NCBI GenBank assembly: GCA_965237635.1
Contig: CBDEFX010000002.1
Span: 402,554 to 466,553, forward strand
From: Dehalococcoidia bacterium
GTDB taxonomy: Bacteria; Chloroflexota; Dehalococcoidia; Lucifugimonadales; CAUZJF01
DNA: 64,000 nucleotides
Direction: 5' to 3'
The translations under genes were made by a program, and so were the position numbers. The notes under the pieces are model-generated. The model worked only from the letters and a program-made list of their open reading frames with translations. It searched no databases and had not been told where the DNA came from. Shown piece after piece: positions 40,102 through 51,939 of this stretch; the first letter of the stretch is position 1, and every line of letters begins with the position of its first letter.

Positions 40102-40263
40102 GACGGTCGTCTTCCCGTGTCCAAACAATGGGGTAGTTCCGTACCTGAAGAGTAGCTGCCACCGCTCCTGCGTAAAAAGGGGACGTTTTTCTGGCGGGGC
40201 ACCGCATACGACTGAGGTTTCATGCAGGCATCGGATCCGCGGTAGGAAGGGCCGCCCATTCCC

Positions 40264-42435
40264 TTACCCTCGCATTGAAAGGGAGATGCGGTTCCGCTCA
40301 AGGTCCACGTTCAGCACCGTCACGCTCACCTGCTGGTTCACCTTCACTACCCCATGGGGGTCCTTCACGTAGCGGTCTGACAGCTGGCTGATGTGCACCA
40401 GTCCGTCCTGGTGCACGCCCACGTCGACGAACGCCCCGAATGCCGTCACGTTGGTCACCACCCCTGGCAGCCTCATGCCAGGCTCTAGGTCCGATACCTT
40501 CTCTATCCCCTCAGCGAAGCTGAACGGTTCGATCTGGTCTCGCGGGTCGCGGCCAGGCCTGACCAGCTCCGCCTTGATGTCCATTAGCGTCGGCAACCCT
40601 ACCGCGTCGGTGGCAAACTGCTCTACGTCGAGCTTGCCACTCACCCCAGCGTCCCGCATCAGTTCCGCGACCGTGCGGCCCAAGGAAGTCGCCATGGCAT
40701 CCACCACGGCATACCTCTCTGGATGAACGGCAGTGGCATCAAGGGGATTGTCGCTTTCCCTCACCCGTAGGAACCCTGCGGCCTGCTCAAAGGCCTTCAG
40801 CCCCAGCCGTGGCACCTTACGTAACTCCTGCCGAGAGCGGAACGGCCCCTTCGCGTTCCGATAGTCCACGATCGCCCGGGCCAGCTGCGGCCCCAGCCCG
40901 GACACGTATTTCAGCAGCTGCCGGCTGGCAGTGTTCACCTCCACCCCCATCGCGTTCACGCAGCTCTCCGCTACATCGTTGAGCCTCCTCACCAGCGCCG
41001 TCTGGTCCACGTCGTGCTGGTACTGTCCTACCCCAATGGACTTCGGCTCGATCTTCACGAGCTCTGCCAAGGGGTCCATCAGGCGCCGCCCGATGGAGAC
41101 CGCCCCCCGCACCGTGAGGTCATGATCCGGGAACTCCTCTCGCGCGACTGCCGATGCTGAATACACCGACGCGCCGCTCTCATTCACCATCACCACCGGA
41201 ACTCGCTCGCCCAGGTCCAGCCCGCGCACGACGGCCTCTGTCTCCCGGCCTGCCGTTCCATTGCCGATAGCTATGGCTTCAATCTTATACTGCTTGGTCA
41301 GAGCGGTGATTCTCTGGGCCTCCCTCGCCGTTCGCTCATCCCCCAGGTGCAGAAAAACCGTCTCCGAGTGAAGCAGCTTCCCCTGCTGGTCCAGGCACAC
41401 AACCTTACAGCCGGTCCGAAAGCCAGGGTCGATGGCCAGCACGGCCTTCTGCCCGAGCAGCGGCGCCAACAACAGATGGCGCAGATTGCCAGCGAACACC
41501 GCGATGGCCGTCTCATCGGCCCATTCCTTGAGCAGCTTCCGGGTCTCGGTCTCCACTGAGGGCGCCAGCAGCCGCTTGTAGCCGTCCTTCACCGCCTCCC
41601 GCACCTGCTCTGAGGCCGGGCTCTTACCTCTCACGAACCTTTGACAAAGCACGGCCAGCGCCTGGTCCTCCGGCGGCGAGACACGAAGGGATAGGATCCC
41701 TTCCATCTCTCCTCGCAACATCGCCAATACGCGATGCGACCTCGTATCAGTGACCTTCTCATCCCACGCAAAGTAGTCGCGAAACTTTGCCCCCTTCTCC
41801 TCCTTGCCCTTCACCACCTTGGACCGCACAATCCCATTAGCCATGAACAGGTCACGCATCGCCGCTCGCGCGGCCCCTTCCTCACTCACCCACTCTGCCA
41901 TGATGTCTCGTGCCCCTGCCAGCGCCGCACCTTCATCCTCCACGCCCTCATCAGGGTTCACATAGGCCACCGCCGCCTCTATGGGACCGATCGAAGCCTC
42001 CTGTGCCCATAGGGTCTGCGCCAGCGGCGTCAACCCTTTCTCTCGGGCGATGCTCGCTCGCGTCCGGTGTTTGGGGCGATAAGGCAGATAGGCGTCCTCC
42101 AGAGCCGTCAGGGTGTCCGCCGCCAACAGGTACGCCCGCAACTCTTCAGATAGCAGCTCCCTCTCCTGCAAAGACGCCAGGATCGTCTCGCGCCGCTTCT
42201 CTAGCCCTCGCAGCCGCTCGACGCCATCGCGGATCGCGGCGATGGCGACTTCGTCCAGCGATCCCGTCGCCTCCTTCCGGTAGCGGGATATGAACGGTAC
42301 TGTCGCTCCCGTCTCGAGCAGCGATGCGGTTGCTTGCACTTGCCAGCCAGGCAAACCCAGCTGTCCAGCGATCGTCGTCTCGTGTACTGGGGAGAGCGTT
42401 GTGGTCGTGGGCTCTTGCACTTCTTCCACGGTCAC
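40264..42435 (-). CDS. tex: Tex family transcription accessory protein (YqgF + HhH + S1)
   Basis: GATVPFISRYRKE, AIDPGFRTGCK, IAIGNGTAGRET, SIGVGQYQHDV, FGAFVDVGVHQDGLVHISQL. Confidence 0.95.
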   Translation of the reverse strand: MTVEEVQEPTTTTLSPVHETTIAGQLGLPGWQVQATASLLETGATVPFISRYRKEATGSLDEVAIAAIRDGVERLRGLEKRRETILASLQERELLSEELRAYLLAADTLTALEDAYLPYRPKHRTRASIAREKGLTPLAQTLWAQEASIGPIEAAVAYVNPDEGVEDEGAALAGARDIMAEWVSEEGAARAAMRDLFMANGIVRSKVVKGKEEKGAKFRDYFAWDEKVTDTRSHRVLAMLRGEMEGILSLRVSPPEDQALAVLCQRFVRGKSPASEQVREAVKDGYKRLLAPSVETETRKLLKEWADETAIAVFAGNLRHLLLAPLLGQKAVLAIDPGFRTGCKVVCLDQQGKLLHSETVFLHLGDERTAREAQRITALTKQYKIEAIAIGNGTAGRETEAVVRGLDLGERVPVVMVNESGASVYSASAVAREEFPDHDLTVRGAVSIGRRLMDPLAELVKIEPKSIGVGQYQHDVDQTALVRRLNDVAESCVNAMGVEVNTASRQLLKYVSGLGPQLARAIVDYRNAKGPFRSRQELRKVPRLGLKAFEQAAGFLRVRESDNPLDATAVHPERYAVVDAMATSLGRTVAELMRDAGVSGKLDVEQFATDAVGLPTLMDIKAELVRPGRDPRDQIEPFSFAEGIEKVSDLEPGMRLPGVVTNVTAFGAFVDVGVHQDGLVHISQLSDRYVKDPHGVVKVNQQVSVTVLNVDLERNRISLSMRG

Positions 42436-42779
42436 ACCCGGAACACCGTCGTGGTGCGAGTACCTGTACTCAGCCTAATCTCCGTGGCATTGTTCGTATC
42501 TCCTACCGCTCCCACATCGACACCTTTCGTTCCGGCAAATCTTACCGAGTTGTCGGTTGATCAGAAAATCCTGAACCCCCTGGCCTGCCCCCGATAATTG
42601 TACCGGTGTTCATGTTCGGACTGACACCAGCGTCAGCACCATACGGCTCGTGCTTGCCACAAGGCCTTGCTGAGAATGACTATCCAGCAGCGGTTGGTGC
42701 CTGACCATGTTACAAGGATTACCTTCTGGCAACCGCTCGTCAGATAGCTGGACGGCGAGACGGAGTACAGCTGCCGGTG

Positions 42780-43142
42780 ATGCGGGACATGAGGACATTG
42801 AGCTAGACCCCGGAGCAGATGAATCGCTTTTCCTTGGTCGGAGTGTCTATCAACTCATTGGTAGCTTCAAGGGCACACAGCGTGTCGGCCGAAAAAGGGG
42901 GTAGGCTGTAGCTAAACCAAATCTGATGTCGAGACTACCAAAGAAACGGTCACTTATTTGTCAGACGGGGAGTTTGGCCCTCCCCCGTCTCCACCACGAA
43001 CACGGGGATCAGTCAGCCTCTAGTAAGCGACTCACGTCGACGGCGCCGAGTGTAGCAAATCCAAGTCCTTTTGGTACGGCTGATATTACGGCTCGTGGTA
43101 GCTACGACGCAAGACGGCCCCCTTTTGGAGCATAGGTACTAT
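42780..43142 (+). other. attP-like junction between two stacked islands, both arms present
   Basis: 181-bp left arm + GTCAGACGGGGAGTT-TGGCCCTCCCCCGTCTCCACCA + ~150 bp right arm near-identical to 30010-30175 and 56143-56310. Confidence 0.75.
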
Positions 43143-44881
43143 CCGGGATTCCCCATATGGGCAGTCTCCAAGCTCAAAGGGCAATCCAAACGAGATGGTG
43201 GCATCATAGTCAGGTCCTGCAAGGCCAGTCAAACTCCGGTCTATCCAATAAGGGATGCGATTCTCGCCGTGAACCATGCTTCTTGTCCGTCTTTGTCGTC
43301 TTCGGCTCCCCGCCAGTGGGGTGAAAGCGCATTGAAGACAAGCCGACTCCCTGGAGCGCTCTCCCTCTTGGCTAGATCGTGGTTGTAGCCTCCCTCAGCT
43401 GGGCGCCGGCGATAACCGGCCGATACGATCCAACACTCCCTGGAACAACCTTCGAGGAACCGACACCTCGGACAACTGAAAGATCAATCGACGGGAGTGC
43501 CGCACCAGACGGCCTCCCATCTTGATCAGCTTGACCTGCACGCTCCGCAGCGACCAGTGCTTGACGGCCTTGGGCAGGCACAGCCGCCGAAGGAAGTTCC
43601 CAAGGTTGTACGCCAGGACGAACAGAGACAGACGCACCCGGTTGGCCACGAACCGATGGCACGACAGCCGAGTCCAGTTCAGCGCGTACTTCCCCTCTTT
43701 GATCCACTGCTCGGCTGTCCCTCTACCATTGTAGAATCGCACCACTCCTTCGGGGCCAGCCGTCATGTTCGTGACGATGAAGCCCACCCGAGGGAACAGC
43801 TCTCCCCTATGCCACTCCACCTTGGCCACCACACGCCGAGCGCGGTCCCAACTCCCGGCACGATACCAAAAGTCATCGTACAGGATCACCGGACGTTTCG
43901 GTGGCCTCCCCACAGGTCGTATCAGCAGTGGAGCGATCTCGTATTGCAGCACCTTGTTGCTCGGCAGCCGTATGGCGTAGAAGACTCGCCGCTCCTCTAG
44001 GTACTCATAGATGTCCGGCTTAGCGAATGCGGCGTCGGCGCGAAAGTACCGTCGCACTCCTCCGTAGCGGGACAGGATCGGATCCAATACATCACGCCAC
44101 CTGTGCGCGCTAGGTACGTTCCCCGCACGCAGCTTGGCGCCCTCGCAGTCCCCGAACTGGTTGAACACGAACAAAGGGTGATAGCACGTGCTCCCATAGT
44201 GACCGTTGTACGACGCTCCCTCCTGTTCTCCATGTACCGGACTCTCCGAACTGTCCATGTCCAAGATCACCCGCCGGTGCGGCGTGCGGGACATAGCTCC
44301 ATCCACCCACTTAGCGTTCAGTCGGCCCAACCCTTCCACGTTGCCGTCTTGGGTGAGCACCTCGGTCTCGAACCGGCTCATGGTGTTGGTGCTGGCGGCC
44401 GGTCTTTCAGGACCACCTCGCCGTCCAACGATGATCCGCATCGTCGGGTCCTGGGCCAGCCGTTCAGCGTCGTTGGTATCCTCGTAGCCTGCCAGACGAC
44501 TGTACACCGACTGCCTGAGAAGGCCCATCAATCGGTGCTGCACGTTACGACCGCCCCGACTCTCCTGCAGACACTCATTCGTCGTCTCCGTCAGTCCCAG
44601 CGCATCATCCAACTCGCGACAGGCCAACAGTCCGGCGTCCGAGGTGATGGTAGCGCCACGAAACTCCAACCGTACACGTCGGTCGAAACGGAGCTTGGCG
44701 CGGGGGTTGGTGCTTTCACCCATTGGGTGCCTCCAGAGTGGGTACGTAATCAAGAACTAGAATAGTCGATCACGACCAGTCTAGCACTCATGATAACCAC
44801 TACGCTCTCCTATTCGGCTACATTAGGTAGTTCCGTTGCTGATTACGGCAAGCCCTGCAGGGTTGATATGGGAAATGTGGG
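43143..44881 (-). mobile_element. IS1380-family element, second type
   Basis: Imperfect IRs CCCACATTTCCCATATC / CCGGGATTCCCCATATG, 1739 bp; no matching TSD. Confidence 0.75.
43395..44723 (-). CDS. IS1380-family transposase
   Basis: ITSDAGLL, LAGYEDTNDAERL, LDMDSS, FRADAAFA, FYNGRGTAEQWIKEGK. Confidence 0.93.
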   Translation of the reverse strand: MGESTNPRAKLRFDRRVRLEFRGATITSDAGLLACRELDDALGLTETTNECLQESRGGRNVQHRLMGLLRQSVYSRLAGYEDTNDAERLAQDPTMRIIVGRRGGPERPAASTNTMSRFETEVLTQDGNVEGLGRLNAKWVDGAMSRTPHRRVILDMDSSESPVHGEQEGASYNGHYGSTCYHPLFVFNQFGDCEGAKLRAGNVPSAHRWRDVLDPILSRYGGVRRYFRADAAFAKPDIYEYLEERRVFYAIRLPSNKVLQYEIAPLLIRPVGRPPKRPVILYDDFWYRAGSWDRARRVVAKVEWHRGELFPRVGFIVTNMTAGPEGVVRFYNGRGTAEQWIKEGKYALNWTRLSCHRFVANRVRLSLFVLAYNLGNFLRRLCLPKAVKHWSLRSVQVKLIKMGGRLVRHSRRLIFQLSEVSVPRRLFQGVLDRIGRLSPAPS

Positions 44882-45850
44882 ATTGAACGTCTCCTCTGCG
44901 ATGGCTTCTTCGAAGGTGCGCGCCTCAAAGTTGCGCCCTGACAGTAGAGCGACCAAATCCGCCAAGCGCCCACGACTGAACTTCGACGTAAACGTCACGC
45001 GAAGCATGTTCGTGTAGGAAGGGTTATAGAGATCGTCCTTCTCGTTCTTCAGCCACTCCATTGCACGGAAGTAATCGGTGGATGCGAAAACATCGTCCTT
45101 GGCCATATCGCTGTAGGCTTCCGGAGTAACGGCGAGATGGCAGAAGTAGTCGATGGCCTTTCTTAGCAGGTGGCCGTCATGCTCTTCGTTGGCGGCCATC
45201 TTGGACATTGCGAAGTCCGCTGCGTTCAGCGTGACACCCTGGCGGTTTACGCGAACGAAAATCTCGGCGGCAGCCTCCACGTCCAAATCGGCGTCCAGGT
45301 CAATGAGACCCAGAGAGTTGTTCTTGATACCGGCAAGTTGCCTTATGCTGTCGTCGACTTGGCGTTCACTGGCGTCAGAATTCGACTTGCAGTACTCGGC
45401 CACAATCTGGCTCATCCACGCTTCAGGAGTAAAGAAACTTGCGATGTCAGCGATCCATTCCCGATCCCGGCGTATGGCGGCGTTGGCGACCTCAAAGCGT
45501 CTCTCGATGGGATGGAAGGCTATGGTGATCCGCGTACGCTTATAGTCCTTCGTAACGACCTGTTGTCCAAGCAAGGCGGCCAGCAGGGCCGTCACGCGCT
45601 GCTGGCCGTCAATCAAGATGCATTTCCCTGTAGATCGTGTGCCGTCCTTCAGTCGTACATCAGGGTTCTGCCAGGTGATGAGATACCCCACGGGATAGCC
45701 GTTATAGAGTGAATCGATAAAGTCACGCACATCGGCTGCGTTCCAGACAAAGGGACGCTGGATATCGGGAATGGCGATGACGTCAGACTTGATCCAAGTG
45801 ATCAGGGTCTCGATAGGATGCTGATTTACCGAGTAACGTTGAATCGGCAT
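44882..45850 (-). pseudogene. DUF262 (GmrSD-type) protein truncated by IS1380
   Basis: [36 protein letters not shown]; the frame runs into the IS terminus. Confidence 0.88.
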
Positions 45851-45940
45851 CTCACTCCTCTGCTATTTTTCAGTAGCTTGCTAGATTGCACCATTTTCAG
45901 TTTGGCCCTTCTCCCGTTTTTTTGGAAGTACCTGTCCTGA

Positions 45941-45995
45941 TGTCGCAAGTAGTGTCGTGAGCCTGTCGCAAGTTTTGGCACAAGTTTGTCGCAAG
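45941..45995 (+). repeat. Five helically phased 9-bp direct repeats (TGTCGCAAG consensus)
   Basis: Copies at 45941, 45953, 45964, 45976, 45987; three perfect. Confidence 0.8.
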
Positions 45996-45996
45996 A

Positions 45997-47043
45997 TCAG
46001 GCAATCCCGTCCGCGAGGACGTATTCAAGCCGGTTCGTGCTGCCCCGGCGGAGAAGCAATCCCTTCTCCATCAGCCCCCTGAGGTCACGTTGGAGCGTAC
46101 GGCGCTGGATTCCTGGACACAGATGCTCGAACTCGCCAATGGTAACTCTGCCGGATTCCAGCACATGACGAAGGGCGAGCGCCTGTCGATCCGTCAGGTC
46201 GTGCCGGCGAGCGAGGATGTCCTGCTGAATCGCCAACTCTCCCCGCCGCTTGACCTCGGCGAGCTGGGTGGCAAGGCCGATGGCGAAGAATTCGATCCAA
46301 CCTGTCATGTCCATGTTCGTCCGCCGTACGCTCTGGAGAGCATTGTAGAAGGCCATGCGGTCCCGGTCGTAGTATTCGCTGATGGTGAACAGCCGCTTGA
46401 AGTCGTAGCCCGCCCGGTAGAGACACAAGGTCGAGAGGAGCCTTGACGTGCGGCCGTTGCCATCGAGGAAAGGATGAATGTGAACTAACTGGAATTGGGC
46501 GATCCCACTTGCAATGACAGGATGTATGTCGCTTGGTCGATTCAGCCAACTAACGAGCTCGCGCATGAGGATAGGCACGTCGTCCGCCGGAGGCGGAGTG
46601 TATATCGTTTCGCCGGTCGCTGAGTTGACGACATAGTTCTGGACACGCCGGTATTGCCCCGGTGCGGCTGACCCCCCACTGACGCCGGAAACCAGATGCC
46701 TGTGGATATCAAGGATAAGCCTCTCAGTGATTGGACCGCCATCGTTCAGGTACGTGCTGACGAACTCGAAAGCGTCGCGGTAGTTGAGCAGTTCGCGCGT
46801 GTCGTCCGGGTCCGCCCCGGGAACATCATCGCCCGCCAGAAGGTCTGCGGCTTCCTCAATGGTAAGGCGGGTCCCCTCGATATGCGTCGTATGGTGCGCT
46901 TCGAGAAGGAATGCCCGTGAGCGCATAGAGTCTATCCACTCATCCGACAGGCTCGCAGCATCGAGGAACCCGCGGGCGCGCTCAATCTCGGTGAGGGCCG
47001 CTGCGATTGCGTTCGTAATGGAGAAGTGCGGAGTGAATCTCAT
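45997..47043 (-). CDS. Fic family protein with C-terminal HTH
   Basis: Canonical [23 protein letters not shown]-terminal [11 protein letters not shown]. Confidence 0.92.
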   Translation of the reverse strand: MRFTPHFSITNAIAAALTEIERARGFLDAASLSDEWIDSMRSRAFLLEAHHTTHIEGTRLTIEEAADLLAGDDVPGADPDDTRELLNYRDAFEFVSTYLNDGGPITERLILDIHRHLVSGVSGGSAAPGQYRRVQNYVVNSATGETIYTPPPADDVPILMRELVSWLNRPSDIHPVIASGIAQFQLVHIHPFLDGNGRTSRLLSTLCLYRAGYDFKRLFTISEYYDRDRMAFYNALQSVRRTNMDMTGWIEFFAIGLATQLAEVKRRGELAIQQDILARRHDLTDRQALALRHVLESGRVTIGEFEHLCPGIQRRTLQRDLRGLMEKGLLLRRGSTNRLEYVLADGIA

Positions 47044-47063
47044 ACTGCCTTCGTCATTCTGTC

Positions 47064-50000
47064 CTACACCGACACCACCGTATCGGTGTCTCCCGCGGCG
47101 AAGGCGTTCATGTAGGCGAGAATGAGATCGCGTGTGCGGTAGGAACCGAACGCGGCTTCGTCCTGTCGGCGGACTATGGGGAAGGTCTCGAGCACGTAGC
47201 CCGCGTCCTCCCTGGATAGTCCATAGAGGTGGAAGTGGAGCGCGTCGAGCCGCGCCCTCAGGTGGCAGCGTTCCTCTTCATCCCAGATGAAGGGCGGGCC
47301 GTCGTACCCGAGGTCACGGGCGAATGGGGCCATGTCGTTGGCCGTGTAGGTGAGCCGAAGCACGTGGTCGCGAACGAGGTCGCGGGCCGTCCTGTCGCCG
47401 AACCGCTGATCGTAGCCGTGGGCCGCGATCACTGGGAGTTGTTCGAGGATGAACCAGTTGAGGTGCTGTCCTTGTACTTTCTGTCTAGCCACAAAGTCAA
47501 AGGGAAGGGAATTAAGGCACGCGGCTAGTAACCACGCGACGTCCTTGTATCGGGCTACCTCAACTGAATCAGGTATCAGGACTGGGAAAGTGTTGCCAAA
47601 GGCCGCCGCCGGTAACAGCGCTGCAATCATAGTCCGCACGTTCGTGGGTGCGGTCACGTCCTTGAAGCCTACCGTCCATCCCAACTCCTCGGGCCACTCG
47701 AATGAGTCCGCGCCGACCCAGAACTGGGGCTCCGGTAGCCAAGCCGGGTTGGTGTGCTCTGAGAGGCTGGCCTCTCGTGGCTGAGCCGGCCTATTCAGGT
47801 TCTCAGGGTTGACGACCACGCTGGCGGCCCGGTGGTCAAACGCCTGCACCATCTTGCCCTCATACAGCGGCACAAACAACTCCTCGCCCCGCTTCCAGCA
47901 GTTGCCCTGGACGGGGTAGAAACCCGCCGAATCGAGCTGCGCCGCCGTCCGAAACAGGTGTGAGTCGTTGGTCATGTCGAACATGCGCACGTACCGCACA
48001 GGCCACGCTTTGCGCTCCTCGCCCTGTGAGCGGTCGACCAGGACTGGATGCCGCTCGTAGATGCGCCGGGTGATCTCCGCGTCCCGCCGCGTGCGAAATA
48101 TGGGCGCGGTGCCGGTGTTCGGGTTCACCCGCGCGAAGTCCGAGGGGGCCAGGGGGAAGCAACGGTTCGGGTCGCTGATGGTTTCGATATCGTGTAGGAA
48201 GAAGGCGCACTGGGTCTCTTGGAACCGCCGCTCCGCACCGCCGAATATCAGGGCGCAGAACTTGAACCGCGAGTCCACGTCGGGGAAGAAGTGCGTCAGC
48301 CCTGAACCAGGACGGCGGTTCTCAAAGTCGAAAAGCCCGGCGACGCGTCCGCTGGTGGAGACGGACTTGAAGAAGTCAGCCGCCGTCTTGTCGGCGTAGA
48401 TACCCGACGGCGTGAGCAGCCCCACGAATCCGTCCGGCTTGATCAACCCCATGGCGCGCTCCACGAATAGCGAATAGAGGTTGATGTCGCCGCCGCTCAG
48501 CAAGGGATAGTTCCCGGACGCGCGAACCGACTCGCCCAGCTTATCTGCTCGCTCCTTTGCATCGTCGAATTCATCCGCCAGAGGCGCTCCCTTGTCACGA
48601 AGTTGTTGAATGCCGGTTTTCCGCGCGGCCGCTGTCGGGGCCAGAGCCAACTCCGGTGAGCGCGTGGAGAACCACTCCACCTCTTGGAGTTTGATGCGGT
48701 CCCACGGCGGGTTGCCGATGACGGCGTCGAAACCGCCAACCGGTTGTTCTTCCTGCCACCGCTGCCAAACGCCGGGGAAGGCCGCCTCCCAATGCAGGAA
48801 GCCTTCGCGATCTGCGATGTACCGGGAATCGCTCCACAACTTCTTGAACCCTGACCAGGAAGTGTCACCGCCGCCAGTCTCTTCGTCCCCAACGGCGTCA
48901 GGACCCCGCGCCAGGAGACTGTACGCATCGTTAGGCCGACTACCTAGGGTTTCAACAAGAGGAGTCTCGAGCGCGGCGTGCGCTTTCCCCCTCATGTCAG
49001 AGGTCAGCCAGCGCAGGCCGCACAGGAAATCAAGCAGGCCTCGAAGGTCGGCCGTCGTGTCCTCGACTCCACGGAATAACTCGGCCGACTCCCGCACCTC
49101 CGCAACGTCCGCGTCTGACATCTCCTCTATGCGCTGCATCCCACTGGTGGCGGCCTCCGCGCTGGCTATGGCGGAGCTTGCGAACAGCCCCCCAAGCCGG
49201 TTCAACTCCGCCGTGGCCTCCGGAACGCGGAGACCGACCAGGGAGTCGCCGCAGCGCAGGTGGTGGTCCAGGAAGGAGAGGGGAGCGCCAACGGTGAAGC
49301 TTTGCAACCACAGCGACACCTTCGCCAGCTCAACGGTCAGCGGGTTCTTGTCCACGCCGTAGATGCAGCGTTTCAGGACCATCCGCCGGATGATGGATTG
49401 GTCGGTCAACTGGGCCTCGTCCATGACCCAATTCGACGCTTGGGCTCGCTGGAGGATGTCCCGCCGAATTGCCGCCACCCGCTCCACGAGAGGGGAGGAG
49501 TAGTCGCCGTCCAGCCACTCCGGCACCGCCGGCGCGTACTCCGCTACCTCCGTAATGTAGTCCGATAGGAAATCGACGGCGGTGACCAGAAAGTGACCGC
49601 TTCCCATCGCCGGGTCCAGCACCTTCAGGTCGAGCACCGCTTCAGCCGGGTCCACCGCAAGCAACTAGGCATGTCGCTCGGGGATGGGACGATGGTCGCT
49701 CCCCAACTCATTCGACTTGTCCTCGAACGCCTTCAGTCGCTCTTCGGCCAGCGGTTTCAGAGTCCGGTCGACGATCAGGTCGACGAGCTCTTGAGGGGTG
49801 AAGAAGCTGCCGCTGTCCTTGCGGGCGTAGCTGTTGGGACGCACTACGATCCCGCCATTGTCGTCCCGGACAGGCTCGCGTTCCAGGAGCCTCTCGTAGA
49901 TGGAGCCCAGCTGCTGCACGGACATGTCCCGGTAGTTGACGAAGTGGCGTGCGCCCTCTGTCTCCGTGTGGCTCAGGTCATAGATGATGTCGCCGACGAT

Positions 50001-51119
50001 CTTGTCCGTAAGGCGGGCCGTCTTGAGCAATGGAGCGGCTTCAGACGCAAACAGGCCGCCGTTGTAGGGCGGCAGACCGATGGACTCGTCGCCCTCGTCG
50101 ATTTGGCGGAACAGCGTCATCAGGTGGTCGTAGTAGCTAGAGGCGCTGGCGGAGAAGACGGCGCTGCCTTGCATCCTGTGCGCCACGTGGTCGCGGACCG
50201 GCTTCCGCAAGCCGTAGTCTTTATATCGCGGGTCGTTTACCGGAAGCAGCCCCCGGTCCTCGGCGTAGAGTACGAAGAGCAGCCGGTAGAGAAGGATGAG
50301 GGCTGCGTGACGGACGCGTGACAGATCTTCGCCGGTGGCGTCGGCCAGGGCTTGCACCAGCTTGGGAAAGACCCTCTCGAATACGACGCTGGACAGGTCC
50401 TGGGCCACCTTCTCCTCGTACCGCCTCCCCTGGGCTAGCGCCGCTTCCAGGAAGCTGGTCGTGGCCCCCTGCTGCGGGGTGAAGGAATCGCGGCGGAACA
50501 GCAGGTAGAAGAGGCGGAACCCGTCCTCGCCGCTGGACCCCAGCATCTCTCCGAAATGGGCCTCGAAGTAGCCGGTGGCGCGTGGGCGGGCGCGGTAGTC
50601 ATAGAGACGCCACAGTCCCCCGTTGGTCAGGAATCCCCACCGGATACGGCTCTCCGACTCGATGTCAGCCGTCGAGAGGTACCGCAGAATCTGGCCGTGG
50701 GGCGTCCTGGATTGGCGTCCGGTGTCCCTGTCGCGGGCGTCGAGGGAGAGACCGAACCGCTTGCTCTCCTCCACCACGATGGCGTCCCGGAATCGTTCCT
50801 CAGGGTTGGCTCTCCCGGCGGCGCGCTCCTTGGATGCGGCATCGGTGAAGAGGAGATAGTCCGGGATGTCCTCGTTGCGGGTTGTCCCCTGCTGGGGAAG
50901 GTAGTCGGCCCATCCCAAGAGCTCCAGGACCGGGCGAACCAGCTCCTGCTCGGTGACGGCCTCGTTGGGGCCTTCGGAGCCGCTCAGCGCGTCGTAGCGT
51001 TGACGAACGCCATCCCGAAATGCGGCAAATGCCGTCGAGCCCGAGATGGACGCGCGCCACTCGGCGGTCGCCTTTATGCCTTCGGTCAGGAAGTAGTTCG
51101 TGAACAGATTGCCGGGCAT
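47064..51119 (-). pseudogene. Type IIG (Eco57I-like) restriction-modification enzyme with one in-frame TAG
   Basis: N-terminal PDYLLF..EESK nuclease, GSFFTP, LDPAMGSGHF, NPPW. ORFs 49665-51119 and 47064-49664 are in frame, separated only by TAG at 49665-49667. Confidence 0.88.
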
Positions 51120-51148
51120 GTCAGTTCCTAACCGCCGGTTTCATGCCA

Positions 51149-51490
51149 TCACTCCAAGAGGACATTGATCTTCTCCAGCGCCTCCCCGACAACCTGCCGT
51201 GGGGCATGGCTCTCGAAACGGGCGCGTCTCGCCCGCCAGTCCAGGCTCTTGACCTGGTCGGCCAGCACAACTCCCGAGACGCTGCTTGTCGCGGGGAGGA
51301 GGACTTCAAAGGGGTATCCCTTGACTCTTGACGTAATCGGACAGAAGAGCGCCAGGCTGGTCTTCTCGTTGTATTCTTCCGGGCTTAGGGTCAGGGCAGG
51401 CCGGCGGCCAGCCTGTTCATGCCCAGCCTGGGGCGCGAAACTCAGCCACACGATGTCCCCCCTTGCGGGAACATACTCCCGGTCTACCAT
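51149..51490 (-). CDS. mazF: MazF/PemK endoribonuclease toxin
   Basis: RGDIVWLSFAPQAGHEQAGRRPAL, CPITS..KGYPFEV, ADQVKSLDW. Confidence 0.93.
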   Translation of the reverse strand: MVDREYVPARGDIVWLSFAPQAGHEQAGRRPALTLSPEEYNEKTSLALFCPITSRVKGYPFEVLLPATSSVSGVVLADQVKSLDWRARRARFESHAPRQVVGEALEKINVLLE

Positions 51491-51723
51491 TCTTCGTTGC
51501 CCCAGGCCGGACCGGAGTCCTGCTCGGAATGAAGATTGTCGGGGCTCATCTGGGCCAGCATGCTGACCAAGTCATAGGACCTCTTCCGCAATACGACTTG
51601 GTCGCCCCGAGGAACAATCTCTATAGCCGAGCCTTCCTGGACGCCCCACTGCTCGGCGATGGGCTTGGGAATCCGGACGGCCAGGCTCGTGCCCCACTTG
51701 GAGATATGCGACTTCGCACCCAT
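51484..51723 (-). CDS. mazE: MazE/AbrB antitoxin
   Basis: KWGTSLAVRIPK, GNEEW end; ATG behind AAGGAGG with TATAAT upstream. Confidence 0.92.
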   Translation of the reverse strand: MGAKSHISKWGTSLAVRIPKPIAEQWGVQEGSAIEIVPRGDQVVLRKRSYDLVSMLAQMSPDNLHSEQDSGPAWGNEEW

Positions 51724-51939
51724 GTGAGCACCTCCTTTTACATACATATTATATATCATGGTTGAGTGTCCGTACCAGATAGCGATCCCCCCCAATTCTT
51801 GGGAGGCTGACGAATACAGGGAGATAGAGAGAGTAGTGCTGATACCAGTCAAATGCTCCGAGCGACGACCGGCCCCAGTTCCCCGTCACCCTGTTCGTCG
51901 TGGACACAGAGGACGTTAGGGGCCACCTTGCTGAGCCGG

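Noticed and set aside
49665-49667. Pyrrolysine or recoded TAG in the type IIG gene
   Set aside because: Many other genes here end in TAG and no pyl machinery is visible; a nonsense mutation is simpler.
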